The notes under the pieces were generated by a model that saw only the letters and a program-made list of their open reading frames with translations, was not told the DNA's origin and searched no databases. Position numbers and translations under genes: made by a program. A stretch of DNA of 64,000 nt from a virus, in the IMG/VR virus record IMGVR_UViG_3300042402_001868, positions 1-64,000 of that record; one strand, 5' to 3'. Position 1 is the first letter of the stretch. Each line of letters begins with the position of its first letter. Shown piece by piece: positions 48,587-58,296 of the stretch.

Positions 48587-50329
48587 ATGGCATATACAAT
48601 TAATCTTACTGATGGTGCAGTTTTTGCAACAATAGCAGACGGCACAATCAATACATCTAGTAGCATGACGCTAGTAGGTAAGAACTATGCTGGCTATGGT
48701 GAATTCTTAGACGAAAACTTTATCCACTTGCTAGAAAATGGTTCTAACACCACAGCACCCAGTGCTCCATTAACAGGACAACTTTGGTGGGATAAAACCA
48801 ATAACTTGCTCAAAGTTTATAACGGTTCTATCTTTAAAACTATCAGTGCTGCCACTGCCAGCAGTACAGCACCTACATCAAACGTCACTGGCGACTTGTG
48901 GTACGACACAACTAACCAACAGTTAAAAGTATACACTGGTTCAAGTTTTATTGTGGTTGGTCCTGCTTATACCAGCAGTGAAGGCACCGCCGGTGCTATT
49001 CCAGGCACAGTTAATGATTCTGGTGGCTCGCCACACTTTATTACCAGCCTGTTTGTAAATAATCAGCAAATTGCCATTGTTAGTGTTGATAGTGCATTCA
49101 CTCCTGCTGCCCCTACAAATACAAATTTTCCAACAATCTATCCAGGTATCACAGTTACCAAGAGTGCTTCTAGCACACTAGCCGGTAACGTAACCAACAC
49201 TGGCAACTTGACATTAAGTGCAGGCGGAGCAACTACTGTTAATGTAACATCAACTGGTGCCAATATTGCTGGTTACTTAACTGGCACAGGTAATATCACG
49301 GGTGGTAACCTATTGTCTGGTGGTACTGCGGTTGTCACTGGCACAATTGTTGGCGGTAATCTGGGCACAGGTGGTATCATAACTGCTACAGGTAACATCA
49401 CTGGCGGCAACATTATCACTGCAGGTTCATTCCAGTCAGCCAGCATTAGCTCGTCTGGCAACATTGATGGCGGCAACCTTCGCACAGTAGGATTGGTTAC
49501 TGCTACAGGTAACGTCACTGGCGGTAACGTTATTTCAGGCGCACTAGTACAAGGTACTAACATGAGCGCAACAGCTAACGTGCAGGGCGGAAATCTACGT
49601 ACAACCGGACTGATCAGTTCTACAGGTAATATCACAAGTTCTGGCAACGTTGATGCTGTTTACTTTATTGGTAACGGGTCTGCGCTAACAGGTATCAGTG
49701 CTGCCGTTTCTGTAACAAAGATTCAAAACGGCACATCAGAAGCCAACGTTGGCGCAAGCGGTGGTAACATCAACTTCAACATTGGTGGCACATCAAACGT
49801 CGTGGTAGTATCTGGTTCAGGTATTATTGTACAAGGATTAACAACCCCAAGTATCGCCAAATCAGGTTCAAATGCTGTGGGTAATATCGGATCGGACGTT
49901 AACTACTTCAACCAAGTGTTTGCCACTGCTACCACAGCATTATACGCTGACGTTGCAGAACGATTTGAAGCAGACGAAGTCATGGACCCAGGAACTGTGG
50001 TAGAACTTGGTGGAGCCAAAGAAATCACTAGATCTCGCACAGATTTAAGCGAAAATGTGTTCGGAGTAATAAGTACAAGACCAGCGTTCACTATGAATGG
50101 TGGTGCCGGCCAAAACGATACACACCCGCCAGTTGCAATGACTGGGCGTGTACCAGTTAAAGTCGTAGGACGAGTTACCAAAGGCGACCGATTGGTCAGT
50201 GCCGGCAATGGTATTGCCCGTGCCGCACTAGCCGGCGAACCAACCCCATTTAACGTGATCGGAAGATCATTAGTGGATAAAACAACTGATGATCTAGGCA
50301 CAGTTGAAGCCATTGTAAGCATAAATTAA
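48587..50329 (+). CDS. Tail fibre protein with Gly-rich (GNITGGN) repeats and a C-terminal intramolecular-chaperone-like domain
   Basis: N-terminal LVGKNYAGYG..ENF..LLEN, two GQ/DLW.D repeats, ~16-aa TGNITGGN repeats, C-terminal YADVAERF..GVIST.P..VAMTGRVPVKV..KGD.LV. Confidence 0.75.
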   Translation: MAYTINLTDGAVFATIADGTINTSSSMTLVGKNYAGYGEFLDENFIHLLENGSNTTAPSAPLTGQLWWDKTNNLLKVYNGSIFKTISAATASSTAPTSNVTGDLWYDTTNQQLKVYTGSSFIVVGPAYTSSEGTAGAIPGTVNDSGGSPHFITSLFVNNQQIAIVSVDSAFTPAAPTNTNFPTIYPGITVTKSASSTLAGNVTNTGNLTLSAGGATTVNVTSTGANIAGYLTGTGNITGGNLLSGGTAVVTGTIVGGNLGTGGIITATGNITGGNIITAGSFQSASISSSGNIDGGNLRTVGLVTATGNVTGGNVISGALVQGTNMSATANVQGGNLRTTGLISSTGNITSSGNVDAVYFIGNGSALTGISAAVSVTKIQNGTSEANVGASGGNINFNIGGTSNVVVVSGSGIIVQGLTTPSIAKSGSNAVGNIGSDVNYFNQVFATATTALYADVAERFEADEVMDPGTVVELGGAKEITRSRTDLSENVFGVISTRPAFTMNGGAGQNDTHPPVAMTGRVPVKVVGRVTKGDRLVSAGNGIARAALAGEPTPFNVIGRSLVDKTTDDLGTVEAIVSIN

Positions 50330-50342
50330 TTAGGATAAGAAA

Positions 50343-51311
50343 ATGACATATTCAGTAGGTGGACTAATACAAGCAACAGACTATAATGGTTTTGCTAATG
50401 ACACAGGCGGCGCCAACGCCAACGCCATATGGGCAACAGGCTCCACAGATAGAGGATATGGGCAGTCGGCACTGGGTACAGTAGCCGCTACAAACACTGT
50501 TACTGCCACTCAGTGGGCCAGCTTGGTCAACACCATCAGTTCAATTGCCAGCCATCAAGGCACAACAATTACTGCCAGAACCGCACCAACTGCTGGTAAT
50601 CTTATTAATATTCTGGCAGCACTAAGCACTGACCTAACAAATTGCACTACCAACCGCGGAAATGCAGTAGCAAACGGTACACAATTTACTGGATGGACTG
50701 GTACTAACTCTAAGACTGCTACTACATCTGGTGCAAGTTGGACAATTACATTTACTAATACTGTGACATTTGCGTCAGCTGATGCCGCACGTTATTTCTT
50801 CAACGCAGGTGGCCGTATTAAAATTGACGTGGCAAAATCGTCAACTGGTAACACCGGAGATCCCGAATGGAATGACTTGGCAACTACATTGTGCGGAGAC
50901 ATTTTTATTACTGGTGGCACAGCAACTCAAACAATCGCTGGAGCATCATATACAGGTACAACCAAAGTTGGTGGTACAGGCACCCCAACCACATTGACTA
51001 CCACAACCGGTTGGTACGACTTGACTGCTGGCGCAGCCGCTACCATTGTTTACAAACAGTTTGCCGACACTGCTCCATACACAGCCAATTTTATCCAACA
51101 CTCGCTTGCAAAAGGTGCAAGTTCTAACACCTTGGTAATCACAACACTTTGGCAAAACACTGACAGCGACCCAATTACTGGTGGCACAGCTTCAAGTGGC
51201 GCAACACCTGGTACAGCCCCAACAACTATTGTAACCTATTTCCCACCAAGTTCAACATACTTGACAACTGCTGCCTGGGGCACACCCACAGTGGCAGCCA
51301 CAACAGCTTAA
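50343..51311 (+). CDS. Thr/Ala/Gly-rich virion structural protein (fibre/collar-associated)
   Basis: Composition, the ARYFFNAGG motif and its position as last gene of the tail operon. Confidence 0.6.
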   Translation: MTYSVGGLIQATDYNGFANDTGGANANAIWATGSTDRGYGQSALGTVAATNTVTATQWASLVNTISSIASHQGTTITARTAPTAGNLINILAALSTDLTNCTTNRGNAVANGTQFTGWTGTNSKTATTSGASWTITFTNTVTFASADAARYFFNAGGRIKIDVAKSSTGNTGDPEWNDLATTLCGDIFITGGTATQTIAGASYTGTTKVGGTGTPTTLTTTTGWYDLTAGAAATIVYKQFADTAPYTANFIQHSLAKGASSNTLVITTLWQNTDSDPITGGTASSGATPGTAPTTIVTYFPPSSTYLTTAAWGTPTVAATTA

Positions 51312-51329
51312 TAGCACTGTACTTCACCA

Positions 51330-51355
51330 AAAGGGGCAATTGCCCCTTTACTTTT
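51330..51355 (+). terminator. Intrinsic terminator ending the structural operon
   Basis: Perfect 20-bp palindrome AAAGGGGCAATTGCCCCTTT followed by ACTTTT. Confidence 0.75.
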
Positions 51356-51375
51356 ATCTAAAACTAGCGTATACT
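51347..51375 (+). promoter_or_regulatory. Sigma70-type promoter for the modification operon
   Basis: TTTACT-17 nt-TATACT. The predicted +1 coincides with the ATG at 51382. Confidence 0.55.
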
Positions 51376-51381
51376 ATCACT

Positions 51382-51687
51382 ATGGATACTGATGACTTGA
51401 TTGCTCATGCACGAGCACGGTTTGATCACGTTGCCGCAAAACGTGTACTTAAAGAAAAATACGAAGCTCGTATGTTGTTTGCCTTGGCCGGAGGTATGTG
51501 GCGAGCAGGACCTGAACTACTGAATACATTGGCTACATGTCCTGACGAATCAGCTGTACTATTAGATCTGTATGAAACTCCAGTAAAGATCAATGTACGA
51601 GAACTTGAACTGGCAGCACAACAACGTTGGCAAGAGCAAATGAACGGCTGGCTTGCGGAACACGAAGAACTTAGAAAACAACGATGA
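51382..51687 (+). CDS. Hypothetical protein
   Basis: Start reassigned to MDTDDLIAH because the upstream TTG lies inside the terminator. GGMWRAGPELL..D.Y.TP motif. Confidence 0.7.
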   Translation: MDTDDLIAHARARFDHVAAKRVLKEKYEARMLFALAGGMWRAGPELLNTLATCPDESAVLLDLYETPVKINVRELELAAQQRWQEQMNGWLAEHEELRKQR

Positions 51688-52514
51688 CCCAGGGTGTGCT
51701 AATATTTGCTTTCAACAACGAGGAAACTGATTACCTTGCAATGGCCGAATGGAGTGCTGATAATATTCGTCGTCATTTAAATCTTCCTGTTAGTGTGGTT
51801 ACCAATAACAAATACACAGGTACTGCATTTGATCGTGTGATACTTGCCGATGCTGAGTCAGGCGGCACACGTTATTTCGAGGACTACAACAGCACGGTAA
51901 CCTGGCACAATGCCGGACGTGTGGATGCATATAATCTAACACCTTATGCCCAAACCATTGTGCTTGATGCAGACTATGTTGTAGCCAGCAACAACTTAAA
52001 ACGCCTGTTAAATGCATCACAAGACTTCTTGTGTCATAGAATAGCATTTGACATGGCTGGACAAACAGACATGCGTGGTCTAAACTCATTTGGCAAATAC
52101 GACATGCCCATGTGGTGGGCCACTGTAATGATGTTCCGTAAGAGCAACACTGCACAGTACATCTTTGATTCTATGCAAATGGTGCGTGACAACTGGCAGC
52201 ACTATAGAGACTTATACAACATTGATCGTGCTACATACCGCAACGACTTTGCACTCAGCATTGCTTTAGGCATTGTGAGCGGGCACACAATGAAAGTGGA
52301 TGAAATACCCTGGGCTTTAGCCAGTGTTATGCCCAACACAAAATTATTAAGGAATCTGGATCTAGATTCGTACACGATAGAATACACTGATAGTGATCAA
52401 AAACTCAAGCACATGGGCTTTGAAGGCCTGGACTTTCATGCCATGGGTAAAAAACATCTAGGAGACATTGTTGAAACCGATCGCCGAACAAGGCTACCTG
52501 ATAGTAGCAATTAA
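51684..52514 (+). CDS. Glycosyltransferase-like protein (GT-A fold, DxD)
   Basis: GVLIFAFN..Y..A, TPYAQTIVLDADY, WATVMMF, RNDFALSIA. Confidence 0.65.
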   Translation: MTQGVLIFAFNNEETDYLAMAEWSADNIRRHLNLPVSVVTNNKYTGTAFDRVILADAESGGTRYFEDYNSTVTWHNAGRVDAYNLTPYAQTIVLDADYVVASNNLKRLLNASQDFLCHRIAFDMAGQTDMRGLNSFGKYDMPMWWATVMMFRKSNTAQYIFDSMQMVRDNWQHYRDLYNIDRATYRNDFALSIALGIVSGHTMKVDEIPWALASVMPNTKLLRNLDLDSYTIEYTDSDQKLKHMGFEGLDFHAMGKKHLGDIVETDRRTRLPDSSN

Positions 52515-53256
52515 CACTCCAGGTACCAACTATGTAGGTTGTGCCGAGACGTTGGCTAAGACCATCAAGTACTGGCATCCAGATGCTGAAATTTGCTTGT
52601 TAACCAATGCCACAGATGCTAGTAATCCGCCATTGTTTGATTATGTGCGTGAGTTTCCTTATCCAGTAGACCTGGACAACCCTTGGGCAAACGACTGGCA
52701 AATATTTAAAGCAACCCCATTTCGTGAAACAATCAAACTAGAAGCAGACATGCTGATTACTAGCCCTATTGATCACTGGTGGACCTTGTTGCGCAATCGT
52801 GATGTGGTTGTTTCAACAGGTTGCAGAGATTGGCGAGACCAGCAGTCAGTAAGCAGATACTACCGCAAGGTGTTTGATGCCAATAACTTACCAGATGTGT
52901 ACAACGCCATCACATACTGGAGACTTAGCGAAACAGCCAAGGAATTCTTTGATACTGTGCGTGTGATATTTGAGAACTGGGCAGACTATCGTAAACTCAT
53001 AAAGTTTCCCGAAGATGTACCTTCGACTGATCTAGTGTATGCTATGGCAGCCAACGTCATTGGCTCAGAACGTTGTACCATGCCGTTCGCTGGCTATCCA
53101 CAGATTGTACACATGAAACGGCACCATGCAGGTAGTCAAACTGAATCATGGTTGGATGAGTTTGTGCTTGAATACCAAAACTATCTAGCTAGAATCAATA
53201 CCATTGCGCAGTGGGGAGCCTTACACTACAGAGTCAAGGAGTGGACACATGACTGA
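52468..53256 (+). CDS. Glycosyltransferase-like protein (GT-A fold), paralogue of the preceding gene
   Basis: GYLIVA..Y..CA..LA, TPFRETIKLEADML, STDLVYAMA, IVHMK. Confidence 0.65.
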   Translation: MLKPIAEQGYLIVAINTPGTNYVGCAETLAKTIKYWHPDAEICLLTNATDASNPPLFDYVREFPYPVDLDNPWANDWQIFKATPFRETIKLEADMLITSPIDHWWTLLRNRDVVVSTGCRDWRDQQSVSRYYRKVFDANNLPDVYNAITYWRLSETAKEFFDTVRVIFENWADYRKLIKFPEDVPSTDLVYAMAANVIGSERCTMPFAGYPQIVHMKRHHAGSQTESWLDEFVLEYQNYLARINTIAQWGALHYRVKEWTHD

Positions 53257-53590
53257 TGAAGAATTTTGGCAAGTTCTAAGAGACATGCCCGAACCCAAGC
53301 CTGTATTCTATCGACTGTATTACAACGAACAAGGCGAGCCCTTATTCTACAGCATGGAAGATGTTCCAGGTACATACTTGACCATTGATGCAGATGCATT
53401 TACTCGTAGTGCAACCAATGTTGTGGTGCAGGATGGCCAACTGTTTGAAATTGTCAACACCACCACTGTTAAATTATACCCCGGCGATACGGGCACACCA
53501 TGCCACCCCGATGATGTGTGCATAGTAGTACCTGAAACACACGAACACCAAAGATGGAGCAAACAAAGACATGGCCTTAAACCAAATTGA
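53249..53590 (+). CDS. Hypothetical protein
   Basis: Start MTDEEFW with SD AAGGAG. YRLYYNEQG motif. Confidence 0.65.
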   Translation: MTDEEFWQVLRDMPEPKPVFYRLYYNEQGEPLFYSMEDVPGTYLTIDADAFTRSATNVVVQDGQLFEIVNTTTVKLYPGDTGTPCHPDDVCIVVPETHEHQRWSKQRHGLKPN

Positions 53591-54503
53591 TGTAGCAGAT
53601 CTAGACTGCATTTACTTGACTTATGATGAACCACAGAAAGAAGAATTCTGGGTAAAGATACGCAACATGGTACCCTGGGCCAAACGTGTGGATGGAGTCA
53701 AGGGATCGGATGCCGCACACAAGGCAGCCGCTGCCGCTAGCGATACAGAACGGTTTATATTGATTGACGGCGACAACATGCCCGATCCAGAGTTTTTCAA
53801 TCAAACCATAACATTTCCCACAGCAGATTATGAACAAGCTGTGTTTCGCTGGAGAGCTCGCAATCATATCAATGGACTCATGTACGGCAATGGCGGTTTG
53901 AGCTCATGGACACGTGAATTTGTCAACAACATGCGCACACACGAAGCCACAGATGGGCGCACAGAAACCGAAGTAGAGTTTTGTTTTGATCCATTGTACT
54001 GGCCCATGTACGACTGCTATTCAACAACATATCCCAACGGTGATGCATTCCACGCCTGGCGTGCCGGCTTTCGTGAAGGTGTGAAGATGTGCCTAAACAA
54101 AGGCGCCAAGCCCACAGTGGAAGACTTCAAAGAACAAGCACACCGAAAGAATCTAGAGAACTTGACCATCTGGCACAACGTGGGCACAGATGTTGAGTAT
54201 GGTGAATGGGCCATTGCCGGAGCACGACAAGGCACCTACATGACCATGCTCACAAACTGGGATCATAAACAAGTACAATGGTTTGATGCGCTAGAAGAAT
54301 TATGGGCCACAGTTAAAGATAGCCAGCCAAGACTGATCAGCAACCAACTTGGTGTTGATCTAGGCACACAGTTAGATCTACCCATGGCCATACTAGAACA
54401 AGAACAAAGTGCATTCTTCAAACGTCACTATCGTAGCAATTGGCACAACCAAGGCGTCATGGTCAGAGAAATTGATGTGATACGCCGTCAAGAAGGTTGG
54501 TAA
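53571..54503 (+). CDS. Glycosyltransferase-like protein (GT-A, DGD motif)
   Basis: YDEP, RVDGVKG..AH, FILIDGDN, N.L.YGNGG, AWRAGFREGVK. Confidence 0.55.
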   Translation: MALNQIDVADLDCIYLTYDEPQKEEFWVKIRNMVPWAKRVDGVKGSDAAHKAAAAASDTERFILIDGDNMPDPEFFNQTITFPTADYEQAVFRWRARNHINGLMYGNGGLSSWTREFVNNMRTHEATDGRTETEVEFCFDPLYWPMYDCYSTTYPNGDAFHAWRAGFREGVKMCLNKGAKPTVEDFKEQAHRKNLENLTIWHNVGTDVEYGEWAIAGARQGTYMTMLTNWDHKQVQWFDALEELWATVKDSQPRLISNQLGVDLGTQLDLPMAILEQEQSAFFKRHYRSNWHNQGVMVREIDVIRRQEGW

Positions 54504-55888
54504 TGAGCAAAGGTGATCAGAGCCGATTCATGACATCGGCAGAGCAAATGAAACAGGATCTTGGTCCTGCACTATGCTTGGCAAAATGGAAACAGGTTAG
54601 TTTTCACTTGCCCACAGGACTGAACAATAGCTGTTATCACCCGCCCTTGCATCAGATCAACGCAGATGATCTTGCTCGCACAGGTGGCCTACACAACACT
54701 GCACATAAAAAACAACAGCGTGTGATGATGTTGCAAGGTGAAAAGCCCGCAGAGTGTCAGTACTGCTGGAACATGGAAAGCCTGGACAAGCTGAGTGATC
54801 GTCATTATAGATCAGGAGAACCCTGGGCAGCCGTGGACCTTGAACGCATAAAGAACTACTCGGGACAGGAAGATGATGTTGTGCCTAGTTATGTAGAAGT
54901 CAATTTCAATCATGCCTGTAATCTAAAGTGTAGCTATTGTAGTCCACAGTTTAGTTCAAGTTGGGGCGATGAAATAGAACGGCAGGGTGCTTATCCTACA
55001 TCAAAGCCGCACAATGCTCCTGAACACTTTGTGGGCAATCGTAAGCCTATTCCTGCTCGCGAAGCCAATCCTTATGTGGATGCATTTTGGGAATGGTGGC
55101 CCACGCTGTATCCACAACTAGAACACTTCCGTATGACTGGCGGCGAACCTTTAATGGACCGGAACACCTACAGAGTATTTGACTATGTGTTAGAGAATGA
55201 CAATCCCAAACTACATTTAAATGTAACATCAAACTTTTCAGTAGAAGACGCATTGTTTGAAAAGTACATGGATTATGCAAAAAAACTATGCACACCACGT
55301 ATTGAACACTTCATGCAGTATGTTAGTTTGGATTCAGGTATTGCCGCTCAGGCAGAGTACATACGCCACGGATTGGACTATGCACGTATGGCTCGTAATG
55401 TTGAAAGATTTCTTCATGAGATACCGCATCGTAACAGTCTGACATTTATCATCACCATGAACAATCTTGGTGTCACTGGATTACCGGCATTTCTAGAGTG
55501 GATATTAGAACTACGTAAAAAATATTCAACAACATATCAGCGTGTGTGGTTTGACACTCCTGTGCTTAGAGAACCTGCTTGGCAAAGCCTACAACTCTTG
55601 CCCGAAAGCTATGCTATACAACTGGAACGAGCAAGAGACTTCATGCTGGCCAACATGGTTACAGAAGAAAATTCATTGCATGGATTTAAAGACTACGAAG
55701 TACAACGACTAGAGCGTGACATTGCTTGGATGCGTGAAGGACAGAGTCAAAACTTGTCAGCGGCCAAAGCTGACTTTTATAGATTTTTCAACGAGCACGA
55801 CCGTCGTAGAGATACTAACTTCCTGAAAACGTTTCCTGAAATGCGCTCCTGGTGGGCAGAATGTGAGTACCATGCTAGGAACACATAA
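54503..55888 (+). CDS. Radical SAM protein #1 with N-terminal auxiliary Cys cluster
   Basis: CLAKW..SCYH..CQYCW, then CNLKCSYC and TGGEP. Confidence 0.9.
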   Translation: MSKGDQSRFMTSAEQMKQDLGPALCLAKWKQVSFHLPTGLNNSCYHPPLHQINADDLARTGGLHNTAHKKQQRVMMLQGEKPAECQYCWNMESLDKLSDRHYRSGEPWAAVDLERIKNYSGQEDDVVPSYVEVNFNHACNLKCSYCSPQFSSSWGDEIERQGAYPTSKPHNAPEHFVGNRKPIPAREANPYVDAFWEWWPTLYPQLEHFRMTGGEPLMDRNTYRVFDYVLENDNPKLHLNVTSNFSVEDALFEKYMDYAKKLCTPRIEHFMQYVSLDSGIAAQAEYIRHGLDYARMARNVERFLHEIPHRNSLTFIITMNNLGVTGLPAFLEWILELRKKYSTTYQRVWFDTPVLREPAWQSLQLLPESYAIQLERARDFMLANMVTEENSLHGFKDYEVQRLERDIAWMREGQSQNLSAAKADFYRFFNEHDRRRDTNFLKTFPEMRSWWAECEYHARNT

Positions 55889-56996
55889 GATTGTTGTCGA
55901 CGAATGGTCCGAAGTGTGGGACCTGCTCAAACCCTATGCAGATGAATCGTTTTGGCAACTACCTGATTTAAATCCTGAAAACATTTACATTGTTGGCCGT
56001 TTGCTGTTAAAAGACAACTGGACAACAATAACCACCTGGGCCACAGAACATCCAGGACGAATTGTGTTTTGCAATCCAGCAGAAGGCAGCGAAACAGTGT
56101 TGCTACAGCTACGTCGGTTGCGAATTGCAGATCATGTGCGTGATGGTCGCATATTGTTAATGACATCTGGTGACCTAGAACCTGGATGGAATCATTTCAG
56201 TACAGATTGTTACTTTTCAAACATTGTTGAATACCAGGAAAACAGGTCAGCACAGATACAAGCATTGTGGGAGTACTCTGATCAACGACCCTACGAGTTT
56301 TTGTTTTTAAATGGCCGCTTACGACCGCACCGTAAATGCTTAATTGACGGTCTTCGTGAGCGCAAACTGCTGGATCATGCATTGTGGTCCAATCTAGGCA
56401 GCCAAGTAGAAATGGAATTTACATCCAAGCTCGAGCCTGACAAACAAGAGTCCATAAGACTATTGCCTCCTGATTATGAAATAGAACGTGCTGTGACACA
56501 ATTAAATACTGTGAGCACATCGGGTTTTGTCAAGCATGAGCTGTTTGGTAACACCTGGGGAGATGCCATAGTCAATCATCGTTGCTATACAGACACCTGG
56601 TTCAGTTTAGTGTCTGAAACCATATTTGATTATCCATATTCATTTAGAACAGAAAAGATCTACAAGCCCATTTTAATGGCACACCCGTTTGTGGTTGCTG
56701 CCAATTGTGGCTACTTACGAGATCTACAAAACGCAGGCTTCCAAACATTTGACAGTATCATAGATGAATCGTACGACCAAATTGATTGCCCACATGCCAG
56801 GATCAAGCGTATAATAGAAACAGTGCGTTATCTTGTGAAGGGCGGCCCCGAACATTTCTGGGAGGCCAGCCGCGCCATCTGTAAATACAATCAGCAACAT
56901 CTTGTGGAGTACAATCTCGAACAACGTGCTCGACTTCCATTACTATTAGAGCAATTTTTAAATGAACGATCTAGAATTTCGTCAACAACAACTTGA
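55872..56996 (+). CDS. Glycosyltransferase-like protein (ET..TEKxxKP..GFxTF..DESYD family)
   Basis: FLNGRLRPHR, LVSETIF..RTEKIYKPI, GFQTFDSIIDESYD. Confidence 0.55.
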   Translation: MLGTHKIVVDEWSEVWDLLKPYADESFWQLPDLNPENIYIVGRLLLKDNWTTITTWATEHPGRIVFCNPAEGSETVLLQLRRLRIADHVRDGRILLMTSGDLEPGWNHFSTDCYFSNIVEYQENRSAQIQALWEYSDQRPYEFLFLNGRLRPHRKCLIDGLRERKLLDHALWSNLGSQVEMEFTSKLEPDKQESIRLLPPDYEIERAVTQLNTVSTSGFVKHELFGNTWGDAIVNHRCYTDTWFSLVSETIFDYPYSFRTEKIYKPILMAHPFVVAANCGYLRDLQNAGFQTFDSIIDESYDQIDCPHARIKRIIETVRYLVKGGPEHFWEASRAICKYNQQHLVEYNLEQRARLPLLLEQFLNERSRISSTTT

Positions 56997-58296
56997 CACC
57001 AAGTCAGCTAGCTTTTGTGCCGCTAAATGGTACAATGCTACCATATGGCTGGGCTCAGGGCAGACCACAAGCTGCCACCATCCTCCAGCACATCACGTTA
57101 CTGAAAAAGAAGTAATTATTAATCCTGCTGCCTTGCACAACACACGACAAAAACGTGATGACCGTGCAAAAATGCTAGCAGGCGAACGTCCAGCAGGCTG
57201 TGAATACTGCTGGAAGATTGAAGACATGGGCCGCGACGCCATCAGTGACCGTGTGTATAAATCACGAATATATCCTATAGAATCATTAAATGAAGCATTT
57301 AACACACCTGTACATGAAGATGTCAACCTACGCACCTTGGAAATTGCTTTTGATCGCACTTGTCAGCTTGCTTGCAGTTATTGTAATCCTGCATTTTCAA
57401 GCACCTGGGTCAATGACATCAAGCGAAATGGACCTTATGTCAAGCTGGAGTCAGATGGTCGTAACCACTTTACTCATGAGCATAATAGTGCTCAACTTTA
57501 TAAATTCGGTGAGGATAATCCTTATGTCAACGCCTTCTTTGAATGGTGGGAAACAGACCTCCATCGAACCTTACAAGAACTAAGAATCACAGGCGGAGAG
57601 CCACTAATGTCAGGCTACACCTGGAAGCTGATTGACTGGTTCAAATTGAATCAAGGCAAGTCCAATACAAAACTGGCTATTAACTCAAATCTCAGTTTTG
57701 AAACTGAAAAACTCCAGGAGTTTATTGATGCCATCAGCTCACTTCCACATGTGGAACTGTACACCAGCATGGAAGCCACAGGTGCATCAGCAGAGTACAT
57801 ACGTGATGGCCTGGACTATGCACAATGGCTGTCAAATGTAAATTTGTTGTTGCAGAGTAACACAGTAAAAGCACTACACGTGATGTGTACAATCAATGCT
57901 CTGTGCTTGACCACACTGCCTGCACTGCTGGATCAACTGCTGGAACTAAAACGCACATACGGCCGCGAGCGGGTGAACTTTACGTTAAATATATTGCGAT
58001 TTCCTAGCTTTCAATCAGCCTTGGTTTTACCTGACGACCTACGCAATCAATTCCGCAATGATCTGGCTACGTGGCTTGCAACCAATATCACCAATCCTTT
58101 ACTGCAAGAACACGAAGTAAATCACACGCAGAGATTAATAGACTATTTGGATGTGGTCAAAACTCCACACTCAGACACATTTGAAATGCCCAAGTTACAC
58201 AATGACTTCAGTGAATTTTACACACAGTACGATGTACGTAGAAACAAAAACTTTGAACTGACATTTCCCAAATTAAAGAAACTCTTAAACAAATGA
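56962..58296 (+). CDS. Radical SAM protein #2
   Basis: CAAKW..SCHH..CEYCW, then CQLACSYC and TGGEP. Confidence 0.9.
   Translation: MNDLEFRQQQLDTKSASFCAAKWYNATIWLGSGQTTSCHHPPAHHVTEKEVIINPAALHNTRQKRDDRAKMLAGERPAGCEYCWKIEDMGRDAISDRVYKSRIYPIESLNEAFNTPVHEDVNLRTLEIAFDRTCQLACSYCNPAFSSTWVNDIKRNGPYVKLESDGRNHFTHEHNSAQLYKFGEDNPYVNAFFEWWETDLHRTLQELRITGGEPLMSGYTWKLIDWFKLNQGKSNTKLAINSNLSFETEKLQEFIDAISSLPHVELYTSMEATGASAEYIRDGLDYAQWLSNVNLLLQSNTVKALHVMCTINALCLTTLPALLDQLLELKRTYGRERVNFTLNILRFPSFQSALVLPDDLRNQFRNDLATWLATNITNPLLQEHEVNHTQRLIDYLDVVKTPHSDTFEMPKLHNDFSEFYTQYDVRRNKNFELTFPKLKKLLNK

Noticed and set aside
49180-49660. Periodic GGTAAC/GGCAAC repeats
   Set aside because: Explained by the GNITGGN protein repeats of the tail fibre; not a DNA-level array or DGR (no reverse transcriptase or template repeat seen)
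20249-50322. Numerous minus-strand and alternate-frame ORFs within the baseplate/tail genes
   Set aside because: They fully overlap well-supported structural genes and are typical shadow ORFs
51340-51381. ORF-track start at 51340
   Set aside because: It lies within the terminator and promoter; the ATG at 51382 fits better
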